IMG/VR virus record: IMGVR_UViG_3300027744_000008
Reading direction: 5' to 3' (one strand)
Source of the DNA: a virus
Lineage: Duplodnaviria; Heunggongvirae; Uroviricota; Caudoviricetes
DNA: 64,000 bases
Below, piece after piece: positions 1 to 8,598 of this stretch (position 1 is the first letter of the stretch; each line of letters opens with the position of its first letter). The notes below the pieces were generated by a model. It made no database searches, had not been told where the DNA came from, and worked only from the letters and a program-made list of their open reading frames with translations. Position numbers and translations under genes: made by a program.

Positions 1-285
1 ATAAGTGGGCAAACTGAACTTTTTAAAATATCAGAAGATGTTATACTACTAGAGTTATCTAAGATAATTGAGAATTATAAATTGCACATTAAGAAAGTAG
101 AGTTAGATTATCCATATTCTGCATGTAACAGCGGAGAATGTCCACTTAATATTCCGTCTGAAGCAAATTCATATTCCTTTTTAAGAGATAAAATTATTAA
201 AACTTGGGGTGTTTGTTCTAATACAGTTTCTAAAAAAATGTCTAGAGCAGATTTATATTTTAACTTACTATTTGAACCAACATGA
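1..285 (+). CDS. Hypothetical protein, 5'-truncated by the window edge
   Basis: Frame 1 is open from base 1 (ISGQTELFKISEDV...) to TGA at 283-285, which overlaps the next ATG (ATGA coupling). Confidence 0.6.
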   Translation: MSGQTELFKISEDVILLELSKIIENYKLHIKKVELDYPYSACNSGECPLNIPSEANSYSFLRDKIIKTWGVCSNTVSKKMSRADLYFNLLFEPT

Positions 286-671
286 TTATTAGACAAGACC
301 AACGACCTAACAAAATGATTTGGGTTACCTTTCGCAAAGAAGGTATTCATCGTTATCCAGCAGCCGCTACAGATCCTGCACTGGCAACAGGTGACGAGTA
401 TGATGTATCATTTCTAGCAAATGAACATCGTCATATTTTTCACTTCCGTGTTTGGATCGGTGTAACACATAATGATCGTGATATTGAGTTTATTCAATTC
501 AAACGTTGGTTGGAAAATCTATACAAAGATAGTATACTAACACTTGATCATAAAAGTTGCGAAATGATGTCAGACGACCTATATGACATGATTTCACAAA
601 AGTATCCAGACCGTGAAGTCTGGATTGAAGTCTCCGAAGACGGAGAAAATGGTTCATTTATCAAATATTAA
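282..671 (+). CDS. queD: QueD-like / 6-pyruvoyl-tetrahydropterin synthase-like T-fold protein (7-deazaguanine pathway)
   Basis: His cluster EGIH...EHRHIFHF, DIEF, SCEM and C-terminal VSEDGEN resemble phage QueD-like proteins; folE and queE lie nearby. Confidence 0.65.
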   Translation: MIIRQDQRPNKMIWVTFRKEGIHRYPAAATDPALATGDEYDVSFLANEHRHIFHFRVWIGVTHNDRDIEFIQFKRWLENLYKDSILTLDHKSCEMMSDDLYDMISQKYPDREVWIEVSEDGENGSFIKY

Positions 672-688
672 TATTAAGGAAATCTATA

Positions 689-919
689 ATGATTAAAAGT
701 TACAAAGGCTACGCTTACTTTGACAACCATCCAGAGATTGTAAAGATCTTTGAGGACTTGGAGGCGTTTCACGATTTTTGTCGCTTTGAATTAATGCCGT
801 TTAACGAGGCAGATCTTTATAATGGACGTAGCTACATTTGGCGTGCATTTAGTGATCGCAATGGTCGACGCTATCCAGCAAAGAAACGTCAGTTTGATAA
901 GAAACCGTTTAGGACTTAA
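689..919 (+). CDS. Hypothetical phage protein
   Basis: 76-aa ORF with an AAGGA Shine-Dalgarno, tightly packed in the operon. Confidence 0.7.
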   Translation: MIKSYKGYAYFDNHPEIVKIFEDLEAFHDFCRFELMPFNEADLYNGRSYIWRAFSDRNGRRYPAKKRQFDKKPFRT

Positions 920-921
920 CA

Positions 922-2019
922 ATGGCAAAGATATGGCTTATTGATTTAGAAGCCGTTGAAACAAGGTACACAGGTCAGTGGAAGACTCATGTGCCTAACC
1001 TCTTAGAAAAGGAAGGTCACAATGTCAACATTATATCAGGTCCTACGGACATTCCTAGTGCTACCACTCCTGGGGCATTTCTCAACTTTGGCGGCACTAA
1101 TATCTATAAGGCTAGTCAAGTTGAACAAATGGGCCGTTTATTTTGTAATGGATCCGTTCATCCTGGCGACCACTTTATTTTTACTGATGCTTGGCATCCG
1201 GGCATTATAAATCTAAAGTACATGAGTGAGCTACTGGGTATTCCAGTAACAACACATGGCCTATGGCATGCTGGCAGTTATGATCCTCAAGACTTTTTAG
1301 GACGACTAGTTGGAAATAAACCTTGGGTTAGACATGCTGAAAAAAGTTTTTATCATGCGTTCGATCATAACTATTTTGCCACAGAGTTTCATGTACATCT
1401 ATTCATGAAAAAATTACTCAACGACGGGTATACTATCGAAAATCCATGGTGGCACGAAGATTGGCAAGAACGTTACGACAGTGGCAAAATTGTTAGGACT
1501 GGTTGGCCCATGGAATATATGCAGGATACTCTTGCGCCTTATAAAGGCTTGAAGAAACGAGATCTAATTTTGTTTCCGCACCGTATTGCGCCAGAAAAAC
1601 AAGTTGAGATCTTTAGAGACTTGGCTACACATCTGCCGCAATATGAGTTTGTTGTTTGCCAAGATCAACAACTTACTAAGCATGAGTATCACACACTGCT
1701 AGGTGAAAGTAAAATGGTGTTCAGTGCTAATTTACAAGAAACATTGGGTATCAGTTGGTATGAAGGTGCCATTGTAGATGCTATACCATTAGTTCCGGAT
1801 AGACTTAGCTACAGTGAAATGGCTTTTGATACATTTAAGTATCCTAGTCAGTGGACTGAAAACTATGATGCATATGAAGTGTATCGTCCAAACTTGTGTC
1901 GTTTGATTACAGAACACATGGCTAATTACCATACAAGAACACTTGCAATTCAAAAACAAGCAGAAGCATTACATATATATTTCTTTTCAGCAACTGGATT
2001 ATTAGAAAGACTAAAATGA
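922..2019 (+). CDS. GT-B fold (GT4-like) glycosyltransferase
   Basis: 365 aa; FPHRIAPEKQ and C-terminal QETLGISWYEG...PLVPDRLSYSEM match the E-X7-E nucleotide-sugar-binding motif of GT4-type enzymes. Confidence 0.75.
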   Translation: MAKIWLIDLEAVETRYTGQWKTHVPNLLEKEGHNVNIISGPTDIPSATTPGAFLNFGGTNIYKASQVEQMGRLFCNGSVHPGDHFIFTDAWHPGIINLKYMSELLGIPVTTHGLWHAGSYDPQDFLGRLVGNKPWVRHAEKSFYHAFDHNYFATEFHVHLFMKKLLNDGYTIENPWWHEDWQERYDSGKIVRTGWPMEYMQDTLAPYKGLKKRDLILFPHRIAPEKQVEIFRDLATHLPQYEFVVCQDQQLTKHEYHTLLGESKMVFSANLQETLGISWYEGAIVDAIPLVPDRLSYSEMAFDTFKYPSQWTENYDAYEVYRPNLCRLITEHMANYHTRTLAIQKQAEALHIYFFSATGLLERLK

Positions 2020-2468
2020 TACTGAAACTGTTAGAACGGTGTGAACGCAAACGTATCATTATGGATAGGCAGCATAACGAGCCATTGTTGACTCGTTACT
2101 ACTTATTTTTAAAAGAACGTAAGACTTTTCCGTTCAATATATTTTTACACAAGTTCCATAAAGGCGACCCCGGCGATGTACACGACCACCCGTGGCCGTA
2201 TTTTACACTGATATTAAAGGGTGGCTATTATGAATGGACGCCACGGATATGGAACGGCTGCAAGGCAGGATATGAAAGGCACTGGCGAGGACCTGGACAC
2301 TTTAGATTTTGTAGTGCTACAAGTTACCATCGTATTGAATTAAAAGAAGGGGTAACACCTTGGACTTTGTTTATACCGGGTCCACATAAACGAGAATGGG
2401 GATTCCTCGTTAAAAATAAATGGATACACAATGAGCTATACTTACACAATAGACAACACCATACTTAA
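2016..2468 (+). CDS. Cupin-fold protein
   Basis: HDHPW...LILKGGYYE motif 1 and a HRIEL motif 2, typical of metal-binding cupins. Confidence 0.65.
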   Translation: MILKLLERCERKRIIMDRQHNEPLLTRYYLFLKERKTFPFNIFLHKFHKGDPGDVHDHPWPYFTLILKGGYYEWTPRIWNGCKAGYERHWRGPGHFRFCSATSYHRIELKEGVTPWTLFIPGPHKREWGFLVKNKWIHNELYLHNRQHHT

Positions 2469-2856
2469 TGGATCAATGGCCGGTGGCAGTAGTGCAGGAG
2501 TTATATATGATTCTTCTTCTGGCACTTATACCATTGCAAACGGAGGAAGTGGTGGATCAATTTACACTACAACCGGTACTAGTGGCTCGTGGATCAATAC
2601 AACTACTACTCCCTACGACAGTGTATTAACTTTCAAACCAGACCCTGCTAGCTTAGAAGTTAAAGGTCGAATGGTTATTAACGGTGTCGACTTAGAAGAA
2701 CGGCTAAACACAATCGAAAAAGTCTTGCAAATTCCAGAACGTGATGTTAAACTAGAGACTAAGCACCCAAAGCTAAAAGAATTGTACGATGCATACATTC
2801 ATGCTTTGGGAAAATATAGAACTTGGGACGCCATTAAAGGCGAAGACAATGACTGA
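2431..2856 (+). CDS. Hypothetical phage protein (G/S/T-rich N-terminus, helical C-terminus)
   Basis: 141-aa ORF in the operon, coupled to its neighbours. Confidence 0.65.
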   Translation: MSYTYTIDNTILNGSMAGGSSAGVIYDSSSGTYTIANGGSGGSIYTTTGTSGSWINTTTTPYDSVLTFKPDPASLEVKGRMVINGVDLEERLNTIEKVLQIPERDVKLETKHPKLKELYDAYIHALGKYRTWDAIKGEDND

Positions 2857-3103
2857 AGAAAAGAAACTTAAAGTAGAGTTTGCGCCCGGTGCGTTTGACT
2901 CTTTTGACGGCACACAAGAAGAACTTGATGAGATGATTGCTGAAATAACAACTATGTTTGCAGAACTAACTCCAGAAGAATTAGAATCTCGCAGTCGTAC
3001 AATCGATATCACAGACATTCTCAACGATGATAGTCTTAGTGTAGATGAATATACTCAAATTATGAAGTCATTGTTGGACGACAACGACAGGACTTTACAA
3101 TGA
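2849..3103 (+). CDS. Hypothetical acidic protein
   Basis: Probable start ATG 2849 (MTEEKKLKVEFAPGAFD), overlapping the upstream stop. Confidence 0.6.
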   Translation: MTEEKKLKVEFAPGAFDSFDGTQEELDEMIAEITTMFAELTPEELESRSRTIDITDILNDDSLSVDEYTQIMKSLLDDNDRTLQ

Positions 3104-3282
3104 AAGAAGTTGGACAACGAATGTCAGAATTAATGGCGCCTGTTGATCAACAATTAATGATGTGCGACGACACAAACGAATTGTTAATGATGGCCTGTGC
3201 CATGCTACAACGATCATCTGAAATTTTTGATCAGGTAATAGGTCCAGACGGACGCAAAGCAATGTTTAAGGAAAAATCATGA
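3100..3282 (+). CDS. Hypothetical protein
   Basis: 60 aa with ATGA overlaps at both ends. Confidence 0.6.
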   Translation: MKEVGQRMSELMAPVDQQLMMCDDTNELLMMACAMLQRSSEIFDQVIGPDGRKAMFKEKS

Positions 3283-3491
3283 AAGAGTTTATAGTAACAG
3301 AAAATAACGCATATAGACTGCGTATTAAAAGCTGGAAGTGTTTAAATCCAAATAATTTAAATAGTTTAGAATTTATTCAAGAAACCAAAAATAAGGAAGG
3401 CAACATAAATGACAAATCAATATACAATTTTTTCCTCACTGACAGCGAAATTAAAGAGCTTGTTAACGGTCTCCAAGACATCACAGGCTAA
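3279..3491 (+). CDS. Hypothetical protein
   Basis: 70 aa, AAGGA Shine-Dalgarno, ATGA coupling. Confidence 0.6.
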   Translation: MKEFIVTENNAYRLRIKSWKCLNPNNLNSLEFIQETKNKEGNINDKSIYNFFLTDSEIKELVNGLQDITG

Positions 3492-4047
3492 AATTTCTAA
3501 TGCAGAATATACTAGGCTAGTTGAGAGCATCTGCAAACAGATCAGAAAAAGTAACTGGCGGCCTAGTTGTGTCGTAGGTATTACTAGAGGCGGTCTAATG
3601 CCCGCTGTCATGATTAGTCATTACTTCGATGTAAAAATGTATTCTTTAGATATAAGTTTACGTGACGATGGAGAATGCACTAGTAATTTATGGCTGGCCG
3701 AAGAAGCCTATGGATATACTCCCAAAGAAGAACGTGACGAGCAATTACATTTCGAAGTAAGTGGTATTCCAGCATCATCGTTAAGAGCTAGAAAAGACAT
3801 CCTAATTGTTGACGACATCAACGATCAAGGAGCCACACTTAACTGGCTAATGGAAGATTGGGCTAGTGGATGTTTCCCTGATGATTCTTCTTGGAAATCT
3901 GTTTGGAATAACAATGTTAAATTTGCTGTAGTGGTTAATAATGCCGCTAGTAAATGTAATGTTAAAATGGATTTTGTTGGCAAAGAAATTGACAAAAGCA
4001 AAGATGATTCTTGGATTGTATTTCCTTATGAAGAGTGGTGGAAATGA
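3409..4047 (+). CDS. Type I purine phosphoribosyltransferase (Gpt/Hpt-like); true start probably further downstream
   Basis: VVGITRGGL, PRPP-binding loop ILIVDDINDQGATL and C-terminal WIVFPYE. Confidence 0.8.
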   Translation: MTNQYTIFSSLTAKLKSLLTVSKTSQAKISNAEYTRLVESICKQIRKSNWRPSCVVGITRGGLMPAVMISHYFDVKMYSLDISLRDDGECTSNLWLAEEAYGYTPKEERDEQLHFEVSGIPASSLRARKDILIVDDINDQGATLNWLMEDWASGCFPDDSSWKSVWNNNVKFAVVVNNAASKCNVKMDFVGKEIDKSKDDSWIVFPYEEWWK

Positions 4048-4223
4048 TTAAACGATTTTTAAGTATACTACATTTTATTTTAATTCCGGTCTTGGGAATT
4101 TGGGCCTTCAACACTTTATGGCCCAGCGTTAGTATTCCATTCTCTATAGAGACTTGGATTGCTGGTGCAGTATTGTTTAATAGACATTCTATAGAACGCC
4201 TTATTAAATTTAAAAATGACTGA
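4044..4223 (+). CDS. Small membrane protein
   Basis: ATG 4044 overlaps the PRTase stop; two hydrophobic segments. Confidence 0.55.
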   Translation: MIKRFLSILHFILIPVLGIWAFNTLWPSVSIPFSIETWIAGAVLFNRHSIERLIKFKND

Positions 4224-4584
4224 TTTAGAAAAAGCCCTTAGTCAAGGAAGAGCTCCTTGGAAATCTATTGAATATAGAACTAAGGACTATTGGGTCTTTT
4301 TAGACGCATACCCTGTGACTCACGGACATTTATTATTTGTTCCGACCTATGAAAAGTTTGAGAATGTTATAGAATGTTGTAAGGCTGCATATAAGTTTGG
4401 GTATATAGGAGTAGAATCTGAAAAATGGGATGGATTCAATGTCGGACAAAACTGTGGCGAGGCTGCTGGGCAAACTGTAGAATATCCACATGTACATATG
4501 ATTCCTCGCCGCAAGGGAGACATGGAAGATCCACGTGGCGGGGTTCGTCATGTTATACCTAAAAAGGGAAATTATAAAAAATGA
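4216..4584 (+). CDS. HIT-family nucleotide hydrolase
   Basis: DAYPVTHGHLLFVP and GFNVGQNCGEAAGQTVEYPHVHMIPRR; the first His of the triad is substituted. Confidence 0.85.
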   Translation: MTDLEKALSQGRAPWKSIEYRTKDYWVFLDAYPVTHGHLLFVPTYEKFENVIECCKAAYKFGYIGVESEKWDGFNVGQNCGEAAGQTVEYPHVHMIPRRKGDMEDPRGGVRHVIPKKGNYKK

Positions 4585-4736
4585 GTACATTAAAAATCAC
4601 AATAGCAGTACTGGTAGTAATATTGTCTGCTATCAACATATATCTATATTGGGGCACTCCAGCAGTATACGGGTGGGTTGTTGCAATTACTGGATGGGTT
4701 GATCATTGTTTTCCAAAAACTTCTAAAGATGTCTGA
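4581..4736 (+). CDS. Small membrane protein (51 aa, not in the ORF track)
   Basis: ATG 4581 overlaps the HIT stop: MSTLKITIAVLVVILSAINIYLYWGTPAVYGWVVAITGWVDHCFPKTSKDV*. Confidence 0.55.
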   Translation: MSTLKITIAVLVVILSAINIYLYWGTPAVYGWVVAITGWVDHCFPKTSKDV

Positions 4737-4929
4737 CAATACTATTACGGTGGTGTGGGATAATCAGAATGGATTCTGGTGGAAAGAAACCTGTGCTATG
4801 GTAGTAGAAGTATTTGGATTGCCTGGCAATCGTTATGACTCAAGACCAGAACACGATGCTATGTTTTTTGATTTTAAAAATAAAAAAGATGCAGACCTAT
4901 GTCGTATACTACTAAGTGAAAGATTATAA
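4729..4929 (+). CDS. Hypothetical phage protein
   Basis: Probable start ATG 4729 (MSDNTITVVWDNQ...), overlapping the previous ORF end. Confidence 0.6.
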   Translation: MSDNTITVVWDNQNGFWWKETCAMVVEVFGLPGNRYDSRPEHDAMFFDFKNKKDADLCRILLSERL

Positions 4930-4943
4930 TTTTTCACTAAAGG

Positions 4944-4973
4944 TTGACAACGACCTAAATAATCATGTACAAT
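4944..4973 (+). promoter_or_regulatory. Sigma70-type promoter for folE
   Basis: TTGACA (4944-4949), 18 nt, TACAAT (4968-4973); GGAG SD before ATG 5020. Confidence 0.65.
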
Positions 4974-5019
4974 AGTACAAATAATAGACATCCACGTCAT
5001 TAACTCGGAGAATAATAAT

Positions 5020-5760
5020 ATGGTGTATAATAAAGCATACGAAAGCAACGACGAAGAAGTTGTTGATACAAGTAAAAATCTATCGCAGGTCATTCGCAGT
5101 AAAATGCGTCAAGAAGGCAGACGATTCTGGGCAGGAGATAATATTAGTGAATATATGTCTCCTGCAATTAAATCTGCACTAATTGACGAGGCTACAGAAG
5201 CATTTGAAAAAGTATTGGACACTTTACTAATTGATCGAGAAACTGATCCTAACAGCAAGGGCACAGCACGTAGACTTGCTAAAATGTACTACAACGAAAT
5301 AATGGCAGGAAGATATGAACCAGCACCAGATTGCACAGCATTTCCAAATGATTCTGCAGACCGTTACGAAGGCATGCTTGTGGTTCGCAGTGAGTTACGT
5401 TCCATGTGTTCTCATCATCACCAGCCTGTATCTGGGGTTGCCTACATCGGTATCATTGCCGCTAATAAACTTATTGGCTTGTCTAAATATACCAGAATAG
5501 CACAGTGGTGTGCCCGCAGAGGAACCTTGCAAGAAGAACTATGTATAGATATCACTAACGAAATTATGGCTGCAACTGGCAGCGAGAACGTTGGTGTGTA
5601 TATTCAGGCAGTTCACGGATGCTGTGAGAATCGAGGTATCATGGCACATAGTTCATTGACGCAGACCACTGTGTTGCGGGGTGCATTCAAAGAAGATGAC
5701 AGTGTAAAGAAAGAGTTCATGGATAATATTAAGTTACAACAAGAATTTGCATCAAGATGA
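5020..5760 (+). CDS. folE: GTP cyclohydrolase I
   Basis: T..RLAKMY, SMCSHH, IGLSKYTR, QEEL and HGCCENRG zinc/active-site motifs. Confidence 0.95.
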   Translation: MVYNKAYESNDEEVVDTSKNLSQVIRSKMRQEGRRFWAGDNISEYMSPAIKSALIDEATEAFEKVLDTLLIDRETDPNSKGTARRLAKMYYNEIMAGRYEPAPDCTAFPNDSADRYEGMLVVRSELRSMCSHHHQPVSGVAYIGIIAANKLIGLSKYTRIAQWCARRGTLQEELCIDITNEIMAATGSENVGVYIQAVHGCCENRGIMAHSSLTQTTVLRGAFKEDDSVKKEFMDNIKLQQEFASR

Positions 5761-5873
5761 TTTACATTACAAACATAACAGGCGAAATAAAATTGCCCTG
5801 GGAACCAGGGTTATTAGAGTGCTTGCAGGAACAATATCCTGCAAGCAAATATAGAGTAGTAGAATTAACTTAA
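5757..5873 (+). CDS. Possible 38-aa protein overlapping two hairpins
   Basis: ATGA-coupled to the folE stop; MIYITNITGEIKLPWEPGLLECLQEQYPASKYRVVELT*. Confidence 0.4.
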   Translation: MIYITNITGEIKLPWEPGLLECLQEQYPASKYRVVELT

Positions 5874-5884
5874 AGGAAAACAAA

Positions 5885-6076
5885 ATGGCAAAACTAAGAA
5901 AACTAACAAAAGTAAACGAGTCAATTACACTTAATCGTTACGACAACGGTTGGATGGTAGAAGTTGGCGGACGTGATCAAGAAAATGATTGGAAGAACGC
6001 TAAAATCATGTGTAGCACAGAAGCAGAAGTTATTGAAGTAGTCCAAGAGTGGAACTCAATGGACCTTGATAATTAA
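5885..6076 (+). CDS. Hypothetical phage protein
   Basis: 63 aa, AAGGA SD. Confidence 0.7.
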   Translation: MAKLRKLTKVNESITLNRYDNGWMVEVGGRDQENDWKNAKIMCSTEAEVIEVVQEWNSMDLDN

Positions 6077-6085
6077 GGAGATATT

Positions 6086-6784
6086 ATGTTTGGCGCAAAC
6101 TACAATGACAATGGTGTTATTAACTATCGTTCAGCAGAAGAAATTAATTCGGCTATGGGTCGTGTGTATGGACACATGAGTGTGGCTGTGCTGGTCAGTA
6201 TGCTGATCAGTTACTGGGTTGGTACCACTCCGGAACTGTTGCAATTTTTCTTCACCGGCGTGTTGAAATGGATTATAATTTTTGCACCATTAGCAGCCAT
6301 ATTTGGTGTGAGTTATGTGTTGGCCAATAATCCCACAAAATCTGTGGCACAGTTGTGTCTACATGGGTTTGCGGCCTTAATGGGTTTGAGCTTTTCAATG
6401 ATCTTTGCTGTATTCACCATGGGATCTATTGTTAGTGCATTCATGGGTGCCGCCATCTTGTTTGGCGTAATGAGTGGCTACGGTTACTTTACTAAACAGA
6501 GCCTTGACAGTCTTGGCAAGTTTATGTTTGTGGGCTTGATTGCCATTGTGATTGCCAGCATTGTGAACATCTTTATTGGTTCAACTGTGATGCAGATGGT
6601 TATCAGTGCCCTGGCTATCATAATCTTCCTAGGACTCACTGCCTACGACACACAAAAGATTCGTGAAGAACTCAGTGCAGAGACTAGTGATAGTGCAGAA
6701 GTACGTGGTGCATTAACATTGTACATGGATTTCATCAACTTGTTCTTGAATCTGTTGCAGTTGTTTGGCGGTAGAAAGGAATAA
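6086..6784 (+). CDS. Bax inhibitor-1/YccA family membrane protein
   Basis: About seven hydrophobic helices; MGRVYGHM, FLGLTAYDTQKI and ALTLYMDFINLFLNLL family motifs; AAGGAG SD. Confidence 0.9.
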   Translation: MFGANYNDNGVINYRSAEEINSAMGRVYGHMSVAVLVSMLISYWVGTTPELLQFFFTGVLKWIIIFAPLAAIFGVSYVLANNPTKSVAQLCLHGFAALMGLSFSMIFAVFTMGSIVSAFMGAAILFGVMSGYGYFTKQSLDSLGKFMFVGLIAIVIASIVNIFIGSTVMQMVISALAIIIFLGLTAYDTQKIREELSAETSDSAEVRGALTLYMDFINLFLNLLQLFGGRKE

Positions 6785-6785
6785 T

Positions 6786-7202
6786 ATGGCAACTTGGAAA
6801 CTCAGTCCCCAATACAAAAAGTCCGCTGTTGAAAGGTCTATCTGGACCAAAGACGGGGTCAATGTTGTACGCGAAGAGGGCTATCGCTGGGGTACATTCT
6901 ATTGCGAAAGCGACGAACAGCCTGATGTTGATTTAAAAAATCTCGACGGTTACGAAATTGGTGGCGACTATGACTGGGAACTTGAAAGCCTAGATGATGG
7001 TTGCTGGGCTGATTGGGAGTTTCCAGATGACATGAATGATGAAGATCGCAAGGCGATTGAAGCAGCCTGGGACGAAGACTTCTATGACGGTATGGAATCC
7101 CTAGGCTGGAGCAATGACGACACCGAATATCATTTCCATGGTCCATTACGCTTGGAAAATGAAGACACCGGTGAGGTATTTGAAGGAGAACCCGAAGCAT
7201 GA
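6786..7202 (+). CDS. Hypothetical acidic phage protein
   Basis: Start ATG 6786 with AAGGA SD; D/E/W-rich. Confidence 0.7.
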   Translation: MATWKLSPQYKKSAVERSIWTKDGVNVVREEGYRWGTFYCESDEQPDVDLKNLDGYEIGGDYDWELESLDDGCWADWEFPDDMNDEDRKAIEAAWDEDFYDGMESLGWSNDDTEYHFHGPLRLENEDTGEVFEGEPEA

Positions 7203-7429
7203 AAAATTCTGTAGAACAAGCAAATAATTTAATCTTTCGAGCTAGAAATTTGAAGGAGTTTACTGTTACTACTGAATTACCTGAGAATTTTTCATTTAAT
7301 GGCACTATCCCATTTGATTTAAAAATTAAAGATAACGTAATAGAAGCTACCGTGTGGGCTGTAGATTTTGACGAAGCCGCAGTTAGATTAAACGAATATT
7401 TAGAGAGTTGTAATAATGATGATGACTGA
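7199..7429 (+). CDS. Hypothetical protein
   Basis: 76 aa, ATGA coupling. Confidence 0.6.
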   Translation: MKNSVEQANNLIFRARNLKEFTVTTELPENFSFNGTIPFDLKIKDNVIEATVWAVDFDEAAVRLNEYLESCNNDDD

Positions 7430-7772
7430 AATTCCTGCAGAAGGCATAATGAAAACACACGATTGGGGCAACTCAAAAGTCTATCGTGTTGCCTGTAGTT
7501 GTGGCTGTGAAGAACACGATCATAATATGTGGGTTGAAGCAGACGATCACGACATTACTGTTACCGTATTCACTACAACTAAAACTAATTTTTGGTCTAA
7601 GACACGTTGGTATCATATTTGGACATTGTTGACTAAAGGTTATATTGATACCGAATCAACAATTTGTATGACACAACAACAGTCAAAAAACTATGCAGAA
7701 ACACTAAAGTCTGCTATAATAGACGTAGATGAATTTAGAAAGATAAAAAATGAGCAAACTAAAAATAGCTGA
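7416..7772 (+). CDS. Hypothetical protein with a CxCxC/His cluster
   Basis: ACSCGCEEHDH motif; overlaps the queE start. Confidence 0.6.
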   Translation: MMMTEIPAEGIMKTHDWGNSKVYRVACSCGCEEHDHNMWVEADDHDITVTVFTTTKTNFWSKTRWYHIWTLLTKGYIDTESTICMTQQQSKNYAETLKSAIIDVDEFRKIKNEQTKNS

Positions 7773-8598
7773 ACTATTTTACAGTATACAAGGTGAAGGA
7801 AGGTACATGGGTGTACCTTCTGTCTTCTTACGTACATTTGGATGCAATTTTACCTGTGATGGGTTTGGAATGAGCAGGGGAGAGAAATCAAATGAAAGAA
7901 ACATTATTGCAGAAAATGCAGAAAGTTTTAAATCTTATCAACTTCTACCACTTGTATCTACTGGATGCGATAGCTATGCAAGTTGGGATCCACGTTTCAA
8001 ACATCTTAGCCCTCTTCTCGACACTGATACTATTGCCAATACTATTTGTGATATACTGCCTCATGGGCATTGGCAAGATGAGCATTTGGTTATCACAGGC
8101 GGCGAACCGTTGTTAGGTTGGCAACGTGCTTATCCAGAGTTACTGTCACATCCTAAAATGTCTGAACTAAAGGAAATCACATTTGAAACAAATGGTACTC
8201 AAACATTAAGTTCAGAATTTAAAGAATACTTAACAGACTGGGCATTTGGAAGTGATGAACGAGAAATTACATTTTCAGTAAGTGCTAAACTGCCGTGTAG
8301 TGGCGAGAAGTGGGAAGAAGCCATCCTTCCAGAAGTAGTATGCGAGTATGAAAAACGTGGTACAGCATACTTAAAGTTTGTCATTGCCACTGAACAAGAT
8401 TTTGAAGATGCCCAACGTGCTACTGAAGAATATCGTAAGGCAGGGTTTAAAGGACATGTTTATCTAATGCCAGTGGGTGGCGTAGAAAGTGTCTACGCAA
8501 TGAACAATAAAAATGTAGCAATATTGGCTATGAAAAACGGCTTACGATATAGTGACAGATTGCAAGTACCGTTGTTTAAAAATGAGTGGGGAACGTAA
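7750..8598 (+). CDS. queE: 7-carboxy-7-deazaguanine synthase (radical SAM)
   Basis: ELFYSIQGEG, FLRTFGCNFTC...GCDS, ITGGEPLL, FETNGT, LKFVI, YLMP and RLQVPL motifs. Confidence 0.9.
   Translation: MSKLKIAELFYSIQGEGRYMGVPSVFLRTFGCNFTCDGFGMSRGEKSNERNIIAENAESFKSYQLLPLVSTGCDSYASWDPRFKHLSPLLDTDTIANTICDILPHGHWQDEHLVITGGEPLLGWQRAYPELLSHPKMSELKEITFETNGTQTLSSEFKEYLTDWAFGSDEREITFSVSAKLPCSGEKWEEAILPEVVCEYEKRGTAYLKFVIATEQDFEDAQRATEEYRKAGFKGHVYLMPVGGVESVYAMNNKNVAILAMKNGLRYSDRLQVPLFKNEWGT

Noticed and set aside
1-8598. dpdA/tgt, queC or a preQ1 riboswitch in the deazaguanine cluster
   Set aside because: No TGT-fold or SGGxDS (QueC) motifs and no riboswitch-like leader were recognised in this window; absence from the whole genome cannot be concluded.
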